From NCBI RefSeq assembly GCF_009914755.1, contig NC_060927.1: a DNA stretch of 64,000 bases. The stretch is one strand, 5' to 3'. Below the pieces are notes generated by a model. It made no database searches. It was given only the letters and a program-made list of their open reading frames with translations, and was not told the origin of the DNA. Position 1 is the first letter of the stretch, and each line of letters starts with the position of its first letter. Source of the DNA: the human T2T-CHM13v2.0 reference genome, Homo sapiens. Positions 1 through 12,880 of this stretch are shown here, one piece after another. The position numbers and the translations under genes are program-made.

Positions 1-769
1 GGAGCAGGTTGTTCAGTTTCCATGTAGTTGAGCAGTTTTGAGTGAGATACTTGATCCTGAGTTCTAGTTTGATTGCACTGTGGTCTAAGAGATAGTTTGT
101 TATAATTTCTGTTCTTTTACATTTGCTGAGGAGAGCTTTACTTCCAACTATGTGGCCAATTTTGGAATCGGTGTGGTGTGGTGCTGAAAAAAATGTATAT
201 TCTGTTGATTTGTGGTGGAGAGTTCTGTAGATGTCTATTAGGTCCACTTGGTGCATAGTTGAGTTCAATTCCTGGGTATCCGTGTTGACTTTCTGTCTCG
301 TTGATCTGTCTAATGTTAACAGTGGGGTGTTAAAGTCTCCCATTATTAATGTGTGGGAGTCTAAGTCTCTTTGTAGGTCACTCAGGACTTGCTTTATGAA
401 TCTGGGTGCTCCTGTATTGGGTGCATATATATTTAGGATAGTTAGCTCTTCTTGTTGAATGGATCCCTTTACCATTATGCAATGGCCTTCTTTGTCTCTT
501 TTGACCTTTCTTGGTTTAAAGTCTGTTTTATCAGAGACTAGGATTGCAACCCCTGCCTTTTTTTGTTTTCCATTGGCTTGGTAGATCTTCCTCCATCCTT
601 TTATTTTGAGCCTATGTGTGTCTCTGCACATGAGATGGGTTTCCTGAATACAGCACACTGATGGGTCTTGACTCTTTATCCAATTTGCCAGTCTGTGTCT
701 TTTAATTGGAGCATTTAGTCCATTTACATTTAAAGTTAATATTGTTATGTGTGAATTTGTTCCTGTCAT
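1..769 (-). pseudogene. L1 ORF2p N-terminal APE-like endonuclease region (partial, runs off window)
   Basis: ATG at 769 reads MTGTNSHITILTLNVNGLNAPIKRHRLANWIKSQDPSVCCIQETHL... I saw no stop within the window. Confidence 0.93.
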
Positions 770-832
770 TATGATGTTAGCTGGTTATTTTGCTCATTAG
801 TTGATGCAGTTTCTTCCTAGTCTCGATGGTCT

Positions 833-1843
833 TTACATTTTGGCATGATTTTGCAGCAGCTGGTACCGGTTGTGCCTTTCCATGTTTAGCACTTCCTTCA
901 GGAGCTCTTTTAGGGCAGGCCTGGTGGTAACAAAATCTCTCAGCATTTGCTTGTCTGTAAAGTACTTTATTTCTCCTTCACTTATGAAGCTTACTTTGGC
1001 TGAAATTCTGGGTTGAAAATTCTTTTCTTTAACAATGTTGAATATTGGCCCCCACTCTCTTCTGGCTTGTAGAATTTCTGCCGAGAGATCCGCTGTTAGT
1101 CTGATGAGCTTCCCTTTGAGGGTAACCTGACCTTTCTCTCTGGCTGCCCTTAACATTTTTTCCTTCATTTCAACTTTGGTGAATCTGACAATTATGTGTC
1201 TTGGAGTTGCTCTTCTCGAGGAGTATCTTTGTGGCATTCTCTGTATTTCCTGAATCTGAATGTTGGCCTGCCTTGCTATATTGGGGAAGTTCTCCTGGAT
1301 GATATCCTGCAGAGTGTTTTCCAACTTGGTTCCATTCTCCCCTTCACTTCCAGGTACACCAATCAGACGTAGATTTGGTCTTTTCACATAGTCCCATATT
1401 TCTTGGAGGCTTTGCTCGTTTCTTTTTATTCTTTTTTCTCTAAACTTCCCTTCTCACTTCATTTCATTCATTTCATCTTCCATCACTGATACCCTTTCTT
1501 CCAGTTGATCACATTGGCTCCTGAGGCTTCTGCATTCTTCATGTAGTTCTCGAGCCTTGGTTTTCAGCTCCATCAGCTCCTTTAAGCACTTCTCTGTATT
1601 GGTTATTCTAGTTATACATTCTTCTAAATTTTTTTCAAAGTTTTCAACTTCTTTGCCTTTGGTTTGAATGTCCTCCCGTAGCTCGGAGTAATTTGATCAT
1701 CTGAAGCCTTCTTCTCTCACCTCGTCAAAGTCATTCTCCATCCAGCTTTGTTCCGTTGCTGGTGAGGAACTGCGTTCCTTTGGAGGAGGAGAGGCACTCT
1801 GCTTTTTAGAGTTTCCAGTTTTTCTGTTCTGTTTTTTCCCCAT
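833..1843 (-). pseudogene. L1 ORF1p, disrupted
   Basis: ATG at 1843 (MGKKQNRKTGNSKKQSASPPPKERSS...), TAA at 833-835. Two in-frame CGA>TGA stops occur at codon 49 (1697-1699) and codon 130 (1454-1456), plus a 6-nt deletion (PRISAKV vs PRISYPAKL). The 184-aa track ORF is the C-terminal remainder. Confidence 0.95.
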
Positions 1844-2149
1844 CTTTGTGGTTTTATCTACTTTTGGTCTTTGATGATGGTGATGTACAGATGGGTTTTT
1901 GGTGTGGATGTCCTTTCTGTTTGTTAGTTTTCCTTCTAACAGACAGGACCCTCAGCTGCAGGTCTGTTGGAGTACCCTGCCGTGTGAGGTGTCAGTGTGC
2001 CCCTGTTGGCAGGTGCCTCCCAGTTAGGCTGCTCGGGGGTCAGGGGTCAGGGACCCACTTGAGGAGGCAGTCTGCCCGTTCTCAGATCTCCAGCTGCGTG
2101 CTGGGAGAACCACTGCTCTCTTCAAAGCTGTCAGACAGGGACATTTAAG

Positions 2150-2703
2150 TCTGCAGAGGTTACTGCTGTCTTTTTGTTTGTCTGTGCCCTGCTCCCAGAG
2201 GTGGAGCCTACAGAGGCAGGCAGGCCTCCTTGAACTGTGGTGGGCTCCACCCAGTTGGAGCTTCCAGGCTGCTTTGTTTACCTAATCAAGCCTGGGCAAT
2301 GGCGGGCGCCCCTCCCCCAGCCTCGCTGCCGCCTTGCAGTTTGATCTCAGACTGCTGTGCTAGCAATCAGCGAGACTCCGTGGGGTAGGACCCTCCGAGC
2401 CAGGTGCGGGAGATAGTCTCCTGGTGTGCCGTTTTTTAAGCCCGTTGGAAAAGCGCAGTATTCGGGTGGGAGTGACCCGATTTTCCACGTGCATCCGTCA
2501 CCCCTTTCTTTGACTCGGAAAGGGAACTCCCTGACCCCTTGCGCTTCCCGAGTGAGGGAATGCCTCGCCCTGCTTCCGCTCGTGCACGGTGCGCGCACCC
2601 ACTGACCTGCGCCCACTGTCTGGCGCTCCCTAGTGAGATGAACCCGGTACCTCAGATGGAAATGCAGAAATCACCCGTATTCGGCCATCTTGGCTCCTCC
2701 CCC
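2150..2703. promoter_or_regulatory. L1 5'UTR bidirectional promoter (sense leftward, antisense rightward) with retained YY1 site
   Basis: The most CpG-dense stretch in the window. YY1 motif CAAGATGGCC on the minus strand at 2683-2692. Promoter activity is inferred from established L1 biology, not observed. Confidence 0.7.
2299..2388 (+). pseudogene. L1 antisense ORF0, truncated by a 1-nt deletion
   Basis: ATG at 2299 reads MAGAPPPASLPPCSLISDCCASNQRDSVG then TAG at 2386-2388. GTGGGGTAGGA here replaces consensus GTGGGCGTAGGA. Confidence 0.85.
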
Positions 2704-4775
2704 GTAAGTATGCAGTGTCTTTCTTTAAATATATTTATTTAAATCAATTCAGTAAGAAAGATGAGCTCAATTTAAAAAAAAGTGATTATGTAGACAATAC
2801 ATTAAAAAGGCAAAACAAAGAAAGTGTTACTGGTAAACCCAAAGATTAGGACACATTGTTCTGGGCAGTTTTCCAGTTTTTATTGCTATACAGTTTAATG
2901 GGTCATAGTTCTCAGCCACAATTTCTACCCTCGTTATCTAGCCTCGGGGAGTAAGTTTAGGGTATCAAAGAAATATGCATACCTTTTCTCTCTCTGTGTC
3001 TTTCATTCTTTCTTACCTCAATGCAAGTTTCTGTGAAAACTAAAATGAGGATTTCTCTGTGGTTGAGTCTGGCCCTCTCTTGAATGGTTCTGTTTCAACC
3101 TTTTCAGTGATTTTATAGTTGTCTGCCTTAAATGTAAAACTCCTCCTGGTTCCTTTGTTAGGTCCCTGGATGTCTTCCCAGGGCTCCTAATGTGAGGGCT
3201 GGGGAAAGGATTGATGGCTGAGAAGGGAAGAAATGTGGGAGACTTTAATTTCAGAGCTTTTATTTGTGGTTTGTTTTCCTATTTGTTTTTGTGAAAAGGC
3301 AAGCACATAGCATGAGGCTGGAGACGAGACTGTGCAAGTATATTATTACTCTAATACTGACTTCGATTGCCTCCTTTTGACCACTTTATTGATATCTAAG
3401 ATATATAAACAAGACCAGCTCCTTCCCGTCACTCAAACCAACAGCTGATTTATATTGCACTATATAGTCTCTCACTCACAGGAGCATCAGTCGTCTGAAA
3501 AAAATGTGCCACTTAATCCCTTTTCTGACTGTCATTCTCTTCAAAGGCCCTACTTCTGGGAAGATATAAAGGTGAAAGTATAAGAAGATATGGGATATAG
3601 TTTGAAAATTTGTCAGCGTTCAATATTTAGAAGTCAGAAATTAGTTATCCCTCCTTTCTGGAGACTCTGCTTCGGCATTCGGTCTACTAGACAAGCTGAG
3701 AATGGAGACATAAAATAATTTGAGAGTAGTTGAAATAGACGATAAGATTAAACCATTGTTTGAGTGATTTCTAGACAGCAATAAGTTTTGCTCAAACATT
3801 TCATCTTGATTTCCATTTGCTCTTTCTATAAAAATAAATCTAGATCGACAGGAGCTGAGTCACCACTCAGACATGACATTTTACATTGTCTTTTAAATAC
3901 AATCGCTATTATGGTGACAATTACGCACATGAAAAATGTGCCTATTGCCTTTTGTCCATGTTTGGCAGCCAGCTGTGGTGTGTGTGCATGTAAATGAGTG
4001 TCGATGTGTGCATGTGCATATGCGTTACAATAAGATAACCTCCATTTGCTATTCTATTCTAATACCTCTGGTGAGCCTCTGTTTTGAAAAAGAAAAAGTT
4101 AGATTGAGAAATAAGTAGTTTACAATAGACATGTTATAAAATTAATATAGAGAAATTCTAAGTAGTCATAATGTTCAGATACCCAATATTTTTTCTAATA
4201 CGTTATAAAAAAGAGTATGTGCTTGGATGAGGATTTGATTTGAAAAAAAAGGAATGGGGACAGAGAGAGGAAGAGAGAGAGAGAGAACAAGAATTAACTC
4301 TTTGTATGTTTCTGGGATCTTTAAATGTTATGTCTAATTCTATGTAATTGGAACTGTCTTGTATAGTAAAATGTATGTGAGAATATTAAGAAGTTATTAA
4401 TTCCTTCTTTTATAAAAGGGAATAATGGGACCCAGAAAAGGAAGTGACTGGCTCAAGGTCAGCCAGTTCTTTGGAGGCATCAGACTAGAATCCAGTTTCC
4501 CTCCTTCCTTGTCCTGTGGACATTTTGTTACTCTTATATGTAAAACAAATATTTAATGTGATTGTAAACCTCAGATCGTATATGTTACTTAGTTGTGAAC
4601 AGAATGTATTCACTGTGAATACTGATTTACTAAGGTGAAAATTTATTATTTTTCACTTTACAAACCTTTACACAAATGAATGCAAAATCAGAATATATAT
4701 TGAAAGCTGCTTGTACTGACTTAGACACAGACATTCAAATGAATTTATACACTAGGGTCACCAGTCTTGCCTTTT

Positions 4776-5953
4776 TTTTTTATAAGTAAATATTTATGTT
4801 GATTTTATAAGGCTTTCAGACATGAAGTTTGAGAAAGTTAATAGTTATCAGGATTTGCATGCAAGATCACAAAACAGTAAAATAAACCAAAGAACGAGAC
4901 TTCCTTACAACCTCCAAAACATAATAATTTGCAGTTTCTAGTGAAATCTTTATTCTTATGCTATATTCATTTTGGTCTCTTAATTATTTTCCATTTTATA
5001 CTCTTTGACTTTCTTTGGAATCTCTTGTATGATCTCCTCTGTCTTAATAGTATAGTCACCTATTTTAGCTTGACTGTATTTTTATCATTCAGAGTAGGAT
5101 ATACTTACTAAGCCAGTTATACTCCGGTAAACTTGTGAATGAAAAAACATTAGAGAACAGAGAATTAAGAGCAAGTAATAGAGTCATTATTTCACTGATC
5201 CTCACCCAATTTCAGGAAAATCATATCCCTAAAACAGCAATTCTGACTGATAAATTTTTCCATGTCTAAACAGAAAGAAAAGTGAAATTATGGGAATCCT
5301 ATGATAGATTACTATACATTGTGTGCTTTTAATAGTTCAACACTGGTAATGTTTGATAATCAAGAGTAAATTAATAGGCTAACATTTAGAAATGTATACT
5401 TTAATAAGTATAAAGTATATAAACAATTAGGTAAGCTTGTGGAGAAGTTGACCAAGATACATAAATTAGAAAATACAAGTGTCCATCTAAATTTTCTATA
5501 TTTCATTTTTTTCATAATATTTATTAAAGGCGTTTAATGTATAGTTTCTCATCTGCCATTTTGGGAGTCCTTTATTGTAAAGACAATTCTATTGTTTGAT
5601 GACAAACAGCAACCACCATGGTTATTCAGGACCTCCACATTGGATAAATTCAATTTCTTCTTGAGACACAAGTTTGCTTCTGTATTTCTGAGGTAATGTT
5701 TTTATTATTTCTGCAGTGTCTGGTGGACCCTGATACATTAGCAAATCTGGTGATGTATCCCTTAGAATGTTGTGAAATTACAGAAGAGTGAGATGGTAGC
5801 CCTGCTGATCTCAAAGCTTCTGATACATTGGGTTTAGGATTGTCTCTTCTGTCAGGAAACCTTATTAATGGAGTGTGTGGTTTGACTACCTGAACGACCC
5901 TACTGGCAGACGCCATCTTGCTGCCAATCGTCACCCCTGAGAAGGGGCAGTTT
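4776..5953 (-). pseudogene. MRPS36P: Processed pseudogene of MRPS36/KGD4 (alpha-ketoglutarate dehydrogenase subunit 4)
   Basis: Intronless (I)GSKMASASRVVQVVKPHTPLIRFPDRRDNPKPNVSEALRSAGLPSHSSVISQHSKG, then a 2-nt deletion frameshift near 5757. The other frame continues SPDLLMYQGPPDTAEIIKTLPQKY...EFIQCGGPE* (TAA 5622-5624). The first ATG ATG has become ACG ATT. ~850-nt 3'UTR, poly(A) as the T run 4772-4781, TSD ccagtcttgcctttt at 4761-4775 and 5954-5968. Confidence 0.96.
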
Positions 5954-7431
5954 CCAGTCTTGCCTTTTAATTTATGAAATTTGTGACAAGTATGGACTTG
6001 AAGGAGCATTTCCAAACTGTGGGCGTTTTAGGCCCACATCTTGCATCTGTACATCTTTGAGAAGTACACAGAGAAGGACTGAAGATGAGTAGGTCTGAAT
6101 GGGATCCCAGCCCACACACTGCTTCTTCATGCAGTTAGCTCTTTCTTAAGTTCAGGAACTTAAGTTGGAACACCTATTCTGACCAGACCAACATGTTTAG
6201 GCAGGTTTGATGATCATTTCCTGGGTTTCCATAGTATCTATCCTGTGTCTAAATATGACATATTGTGTTGAACTAGTCTATAAATTCCTTGAGGATGCCT
6301 CTGTATCTACTATACCTCCCCACCTCTGGACACAAGCAGAAGCTCAAGCAGTGTTAATGAAATGACCATATCTAAGCAACTTCCCCCAGGATAAAACTTC
6401 CCCATTCCCTGCTATCATTTTGTCATTACCAAGTAGTGACATATATACATCCTAGCTTGATTGTACAAATTCCATTCCTTAATTGAAGGGTAGATTTTAA
6501 GCTGCCTAAGATTCAAATCTTTGTTTAAATTTGTATAATGAATATGTGCTTGTGCCTGGCTCCATGGAGTAAAAGTCAAAACCTCAAACCAGCAAGAGAC
6601 CCAGATTCTAGTCTCACAAAAATGTGTTTGGTCATCTGGGATCAGCTGTTGATACTCTCAGAGCTTCAGTGCCTTCATGGGTCAATAATTGGAACATCTG
6701 TTATTTGCCTCATAGCACTGGTGCAAAATATAATAATATGAGTATTTTATTAATAGCAGTTCACATGTATGAAGATTTTCCTATTTTCCAGGCACTGTGT
6801 TAGTTCTTTTATAAGTATCAATTTATTCTATCCTCACCACAAACCATATCCTCGAGTTCAATAGGGCCATGATTCATATCCAGGCTAAATCTGATTTTGA
6901 ATCCAGGTCTCACACTCCTAAACGATTGTCTCATACTGTTTGCCCTCAAATGAGATAAAATATGCAAGTATTTTGAGACATACCAAAGTGACTCAGAACT
7001 ATAAGGCAATGATGGTGTAGAAATGGATGCATAGACTGAATCTTTAATTAAGCAAGAAAAAATTGACATAGAGAAATGTGAAGAAATTCACGAAAGACAT
7101 TGTCCCCATGGAAGGAGGGGAAAAAGTGGTCCAGTGATATATTTGAAGGAGATAGAGTGGGGAGGTGTGATTGGCTAAGAGAGTTGGAATCACATCTGTC
7201 ATTACTTCCCTTGCTTTATTTACAGCAGGTGGTAATCTCAACTCCCCGTTCTTCCACTCTCCCTACACCCACCTTCTACCACCTTCTCTAACCTGGTCAG
7301 AAATCTTCTAGTCCTTTAATGTTCAGCCAAATCACCACCTCCTTGTGATTTCTTTTTAGGTTTTTGCCTTACTCCCTTAGAAATGAACCATTTCTTCTTT
7401 TCTGCTCTCACAACCTCTTTTACTTCTATTT

Positions 7432-7640
7432 CAGGGTTTCTTAAATTTGGTATTCTTGACATTTTGGTCCAGATAATTCTTTTGTGTTTGGGAGCTGTCT
7501 TGTACATTGTAGGATGTTTGGCAGCATCTCTGGCCTCTTCTTTTTGAATGCATGATTTACGCCCCCAGTCATGACAATCAAAAATGTCTCCAGACATTGC
7601 CAAAAGTCCCCTCCAGGGCAAAATCACCTCAGTTGAAAGC
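7432..7640 (-). mobile_element. MER20 (hAT-Charlie DNA transposon)
   Basis: Contains gtaggatgtttggcagcatctctggcctc and caaaaatgtctccagacattgccaaa, typical of MER20. Confidence 0.85.
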
Positions 7641-8082
7641 TTTTGGTTTTTTAGCCATTGTAACTACATGACCCAGTTTTTAAGGGGAGCCCCATACCTG
7701 AGCAAATTGTTCCAGTGTTCACTTTGAAAAATATTCTTACTATTAATATATCACCCAGTGTTTCTCAAACTTTAATGAGCTTTAGAGAAACCTGGGAGCT
7801 TATTAACACATAGATAGCTAGCCCCCCAAGCCGCTTTTCCCCAAGTCTCTGATTCCACTACTCTGGGTGGGGGTGTAAGAGTGCCTTTCTAATACATTTT
7901 TTTTTCTTTTTTCTTTTTTTGTTTGTTTTTGTTTTTTTTTTCTAGCTTCACAAACTTTGTTTAATAAGTGTCATAATCTCACAAAGTAAAATGCTATCAT
8001 TGAATATAACAAATGTTTGCATCATATAAGTAACAAATATTTATCTGGTATAACTACTACATGTATTCACTTATCTATTTAG

Positions 8083-8449
<367 letters not shown>

Positions 8450-8724
8450 CATCAGTCACTTTTCTACTTCCCCCACCAGTTCTTGACCGTTCTCTTGATT
8501 AGTACGTAATCAAGATGGAATATCTGCAAGTGCAAGTTTCCTCTCGTCTGTCTTCATCAACGTTTTTTTTCTGATAGGAAACAACTTGCGTATATACAGA
8601 AATTTAGCTTGATTTAATAATACCAATGCTGAATATTCTCATCCAGGCATGTGAGATGCCCATGCAACTTTCCAAAATTATTTTATATGCTTCTGTGTTT
8701 TTTCTATAATTTTTATAAGTTTAT

Positions 8725-8950
8725 GTTTTTATTTTTAACTTTTATAATTTCAACTTTTAGATTCAGGGGGTATACGTACAGGTTTATTACATGGATATAT
8801 GGCAAGATGCTGTGGTTTGGGATACAAATGATCCCATCACCCAGGTAGTGAGCATAGCACCCAATAGGTAGTTTTTCAGTCCTTGCCCTGCTCCCCCTCT
8901 ACCCCCTGCAGTAGTCCCCACTGTCTATTGTTACCATCTTTATGTTCATG
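8725..8950 (-). mobile_element. Old L1PA (L1PA15/16-like) 3' end fragment
   Basis: gatcccatcacccaggtagtgagcatagcacccaataggtagtttttc...gtagtccccactgtctattgttaccatctttatg matches the old L1PA 3'UTR. Confidence 0.85.
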
Positions 8951-10908
8951 AAACATATTTCTTAAAATGTGGTGCTGCTGATGTGGGAGCACACTTGGAG
9001 AATCATGGTCAGTACCGCAGTTCATCCATTCTGCCCCAGGTTTAGCTGGTTAGATGCCTCTTAGGCTGGACCGTACTTTACTATTTCTTCTGCCCCCAAC
9101 TCTGTGTTTAGCATGTCATATGATCTCATTGAGTTGAACAAAAAATCAATAAATCTGAAAGTGCTTTGAAAAGGTTAAAAAGATTTAAAGATATAAAATG
9201 CCATTAGTAAGGTAATGGGATTTGCAAAATTTGGGGGTCAGGTAGAGACAGTTATGTTTCCCAGGCATTTCGTCATGAGCTCTAGATGAAATGCCTCCTG
9301 TGAATTTGAATACATTGGGATTCAACTAAAGGGTTGCCGTAAATTTTTCTGTTGTCATGGCACATCAAGGAAGTTGATGGATAAAAGGACATACTAATGA
9401 GAGTCTAAGTGAAAATATGAAATGAAATGTATGGTCTCTAAGCGACTTTTCTTCAAAGACATTGGGAAGGCATCTATTCCTATCATTGCTGATTATCAGG
9501 ACCACTAAGCTTTTTTAGGAGGTGGATGAACTTGTACAGATCCTGCCTTTTTGACCATATCTATGTAAATATTGGGAAGAAAAGTGATGAGAGACCACTT
9601 GGGAAGTGTAAAAAGTGAGAAAATACGTATCTGGATTCTTAACATGAGCCCCTTCATGTAATAAAGTGTAAAGTTATGTTTGATAAGTCTGGCTGAAAAG
9701 GATGACGCGGGAGTCCACACACGCTAAGCATACCTTCATTTAAACAGACTCAGAATGTCCCCGGAGGGCTCCCTCCACCAGCCAGGGGAAAATAAATAAA
9801 ATAAACAGTCACATCCCAAATAGGAGTTATATATATATCTTCAATCCCGCCTTAGCAACAATAGCATTTGGCTTAAAGGATTACACTAGAATCTCTCAGC
9901 ATCTCAGCTATACAGGGAGGAAATCAAGGTAGAAACTCAATACCTGAGCATAAAGCAATTGGAAGTTTAAAGAAAAAGCACACCATGAAGACTGGTCACT
10001 GCAAACTCTTATAATCCCACATAAGCAAGAAACTATTCCATTTGAACAGCCCCTTTATAAAAAATAGCAAAACTCTTTTTCTATTACTTTACTTTTTAAT
10101 GCATCACTTCTATCATGTGAAAATGTTTGGCAGCTCTAACTAAACTCAAGAGTTCTGGAAGAAGATAATACTAGTAATAATAATTTAGGTTATAAAAGGC
10201 AGTAACATTGCATTTGAAATGTATATCTTCACATTAAAAAGAAAATAAGTTTTCTAACCTTAATTTTGCACATAAAATATCTGGTCTATGGTTAAATGTT
10301 CCTCAAAACCTTTTCCAGATTGTTAAAGAAGTCATCATGCTATAACTTGAGCTATTTAGTCTCGTTTATTTTCTCTTTATGTGGCAGCCACTAGCTGTTC
10401 CTACTTTCTCATTACCAGACCTTTCACAATTATTGCCAGAAAGCATATCCATTTCACTGCTCTGTTGTAATTTTGCTACTTCTTCCTTTATTATACTGCT
10501 TGATCTCATTCTTATTCTTGTAGAATTCAGATTGTTAATCTGTATCTTTTAGGTAGCCTGTTAACCTACAGATGACATTTTTCTCCCAACTCCATCTATA
10601 ATTCAATGCCTATGCATTTAGATCCCCAAATGCCATCTCTTGCTCACTAAAAATCCTATACTTGTCACTTCTACAATAATTTAATCCCAAAGTATCCTAA
10701 TTAATGGATTTTCTATATTTTCTCACATATTTTTCAAAATCCAAGTCTCAAATTATAAGTTCCTGGCATGAAAAGATATTAAAAACCTAGCGTTAACTGA
10801 ATTTAAAAAGTCCATAAGCCATTAAAGAATTATGGAACGTGTTATCTTATTTTTATTAAAAGAAAAGAAAGGAATACATGCATAGAAACAACACTAAAGA
10901 AATATATC

Positions 10909-11186
10909 CGCCAGGCGCGGTGGCTCAAACCTGTAATCCCAGAACTTTGGGAGGCAGAGGCAGGCGGATCACCTGAGGTCAGGAGTTCGAGACCAGCCTG
11001 GCCATCATGGGGAAACCCTGTCTCTACTAAAAATATAAAAATTAGCCAGGCATAGTGGCACACACCTGTTGTCCTAGCTACTCAGGAGGCTGAGACAGGA
11101 GAATCACTTGAACCCTGGGAGGCAGAGGTTGCAATAAGCCAAGATAATGCCACTACACTCTCACCTGGATGACAGCAAGACTCTGC

Positions 11187-11225
<39 letters not shown>
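10909..11225 (+). mobile_element. AluS (Sx-like) with a 37-nt pure poly(A) tail
   Basis: Dimeric Alu with ggatcacctgaggtcaggagttcgagaccagcctggcc; A run at 11189-11225. Confidence 0.95.
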
Positions 11226-11228
<3 letters not shown>

Positions 11229-11599
11229 ATTCATTCACTGATTATCTCTTAGAAGTGAGATTTTAGAGAATTTTCAATTTTTATATACCTTATTGCTATA
11301 CTTTTTCTCTACTAGTCAGTGTACACTAGTTTTATTATCAGAAGAAAAGAAAAAAGACTTTTTTTCTATTGACAAAAAAAGAAAATGTGTTTTAATGAAA
11401 GTAAATCCATATAACATATATAATATGTCATATGTATTTAATGGTTGTAAACATTTAGCACAGATCATGTGTAAGACATAGCAGTAACAGAATAGAAGAA
11501 AATGAAAGATAGGATTCAAAACTTAAGGTGCTTGGGATTAATCTAGAAAATGCAATAAATCATTCAAAATGACATTAAACCCTACTTGTTTGTTTATTT

Positions 11600-12880
11600 T
11601 AAAAAATCAGAGTTTTTTATATTCAGTATCAGGAACTCTTCTTGGCATGGAGACATCCTGTGAACCCCATCAAAGCCCAGCATATTTTGCAGCTAACATT
11701 CTAGGGGAAGACAAAAACTGCCAACAAATGAGCAAGTTATCTAGCAATGATAAGTATAATGGAGGAACATGATGAAGAGTAAGAGGAGAGAGGGTGACAG
11801 AGAAGTGATATACAAGTTAGGGCATTCATGGGAGGATTCTCCAAGTAGGTGAGATTTTTGCAGAGGGGTATGTGACGTGAGAGAGCAGCCAGGTGGCGCC
11901 GTCGGGGAAGAGCAGAGGAAGACACCAGTGCAAAGGCCCCGAGGCAGAACATGTGAGTGGCATTCAAAGTACCCCAAGAACCCGTGTGGCTGCAGGACAG
12001 ACACAAATCAAGATGTGATGTGGTGGGAAATGATGTCAGAGAGATGAAGTGAAGTGGGAGACAAATCATATAGGGCCTTATGGGCCAAGGGAAGAATTTT
12101 GAATCTTATAACAATCATTACTAGAATCTATAGGAAGGTTTAGGGAAACAGGATGAAATGAAATCTTATTATAAAAGAATCATTATTCTGGCTCTCCTGC
12201 GAAGAATATTGTTGGAGAATAAGACGTAAGAAAGGTAACCCGTTTGTTGAGAGATGATGGTTTAGGTCAGTGTTTGGCAAACTATGGCCCATGACCCAAA
12301 TGTAGCTCATTGCCTGAGAGCTTAGAATGATTTTTAACATTTTTTAATGGTTCCCCTATAAATGGTTATAGAAGTACCTACATAATATTTTTGATGTAGC
12401 CTCTTGGCTGGCAAAGCTTAAACTGTTTACCTATCTAACTTTTAAAGAAAAAGTCTGTCAACCTCTGGCCTTGGCAATGATGTTAGGCCTTAGGCCCCTG
12501 CTGTTTAATCATTTATTATTCCTCCATGCAAATTTTTATTCTGGAGAAGAAAGAGAGAGAAATGATGATTGCCAGTCAGAATGAAGGACAAAACATGAAG
12601 AAGAGACATATAGTTGGATTCAGGATGTATTTTAAAGGCCAAGTGACAAGATTTGCTTAGGGATCAGACACAGTGTGTGAAAAAGAGGAGTCAAAAATGA
12701 CTCCGGAAGTTTTTATCTGAGCAACTAAGTCGATGATGGTGCCCATTACTGAACTGGTGATGAATGGGAAGGAAAAAGTTGGGCCAGGGTAGGGGGAAAT
12801 GAGGTTATGTAGTTTTGGACATGTTAATTTCAGGATTCCTAATAGGCTTCCAAATAGAGATGTCTAACGAATGTCCAAAA
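11600..12880 (-). mobile_element. LINE-2 fragment, interrupted by MER58
   Basis: L2-like motifs gtgcaaaggccccgaggcagaacatgtg, tagggccttatgggccaagggaagaattttg and ggagtcaaaaatgactccggaagtttt. Boundaries are approximate. Confidence 0.7.
12268..12468. mobile_element. MER58-family DNA transposon
   Basis: Termini cagtgtttggcaaactatggcccatg ... aaagtctgtcaacctctg form imperfect terminal inverted repeats. Confidence 0.7.

Larger units (their letters stand above)
1..2703 (-). mobile_element. 5' part of a young LINE-1 with an intact 5' end (L1PA2/L1PA3-type); continues beyond the left edge
   Basis: Minus strand begins GGGGGAGGAGCCAAGATGGCCGAATA (the L1 5' terminus) at 2703, followed by a CpG-rich 5'UTR, ORF1, the inter-ORF spacer and ORF2. 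The 5'UTR lacks the ~129-bp segment found in L1PA4 and older elements (junction GTCTGTTGGAGTACCC at ~1962-1977). Confidence 0.97.

Noticed and set aside
2704-2711. Minus-strand ATACTTAC equal to the U1 snRNA 5' end, suggesting a U1-L1 chimera
   Set aside because: Only 8 nt match; more simply part of the genomic target site.
8493-8515. 9-bp stem hairpin TCTTGATTA-gtacg-TAATCAAGA
   Set aside because: A stem this short is expected by chance in 64 kb of AT-rich DNA, and there is no ncRNA context.
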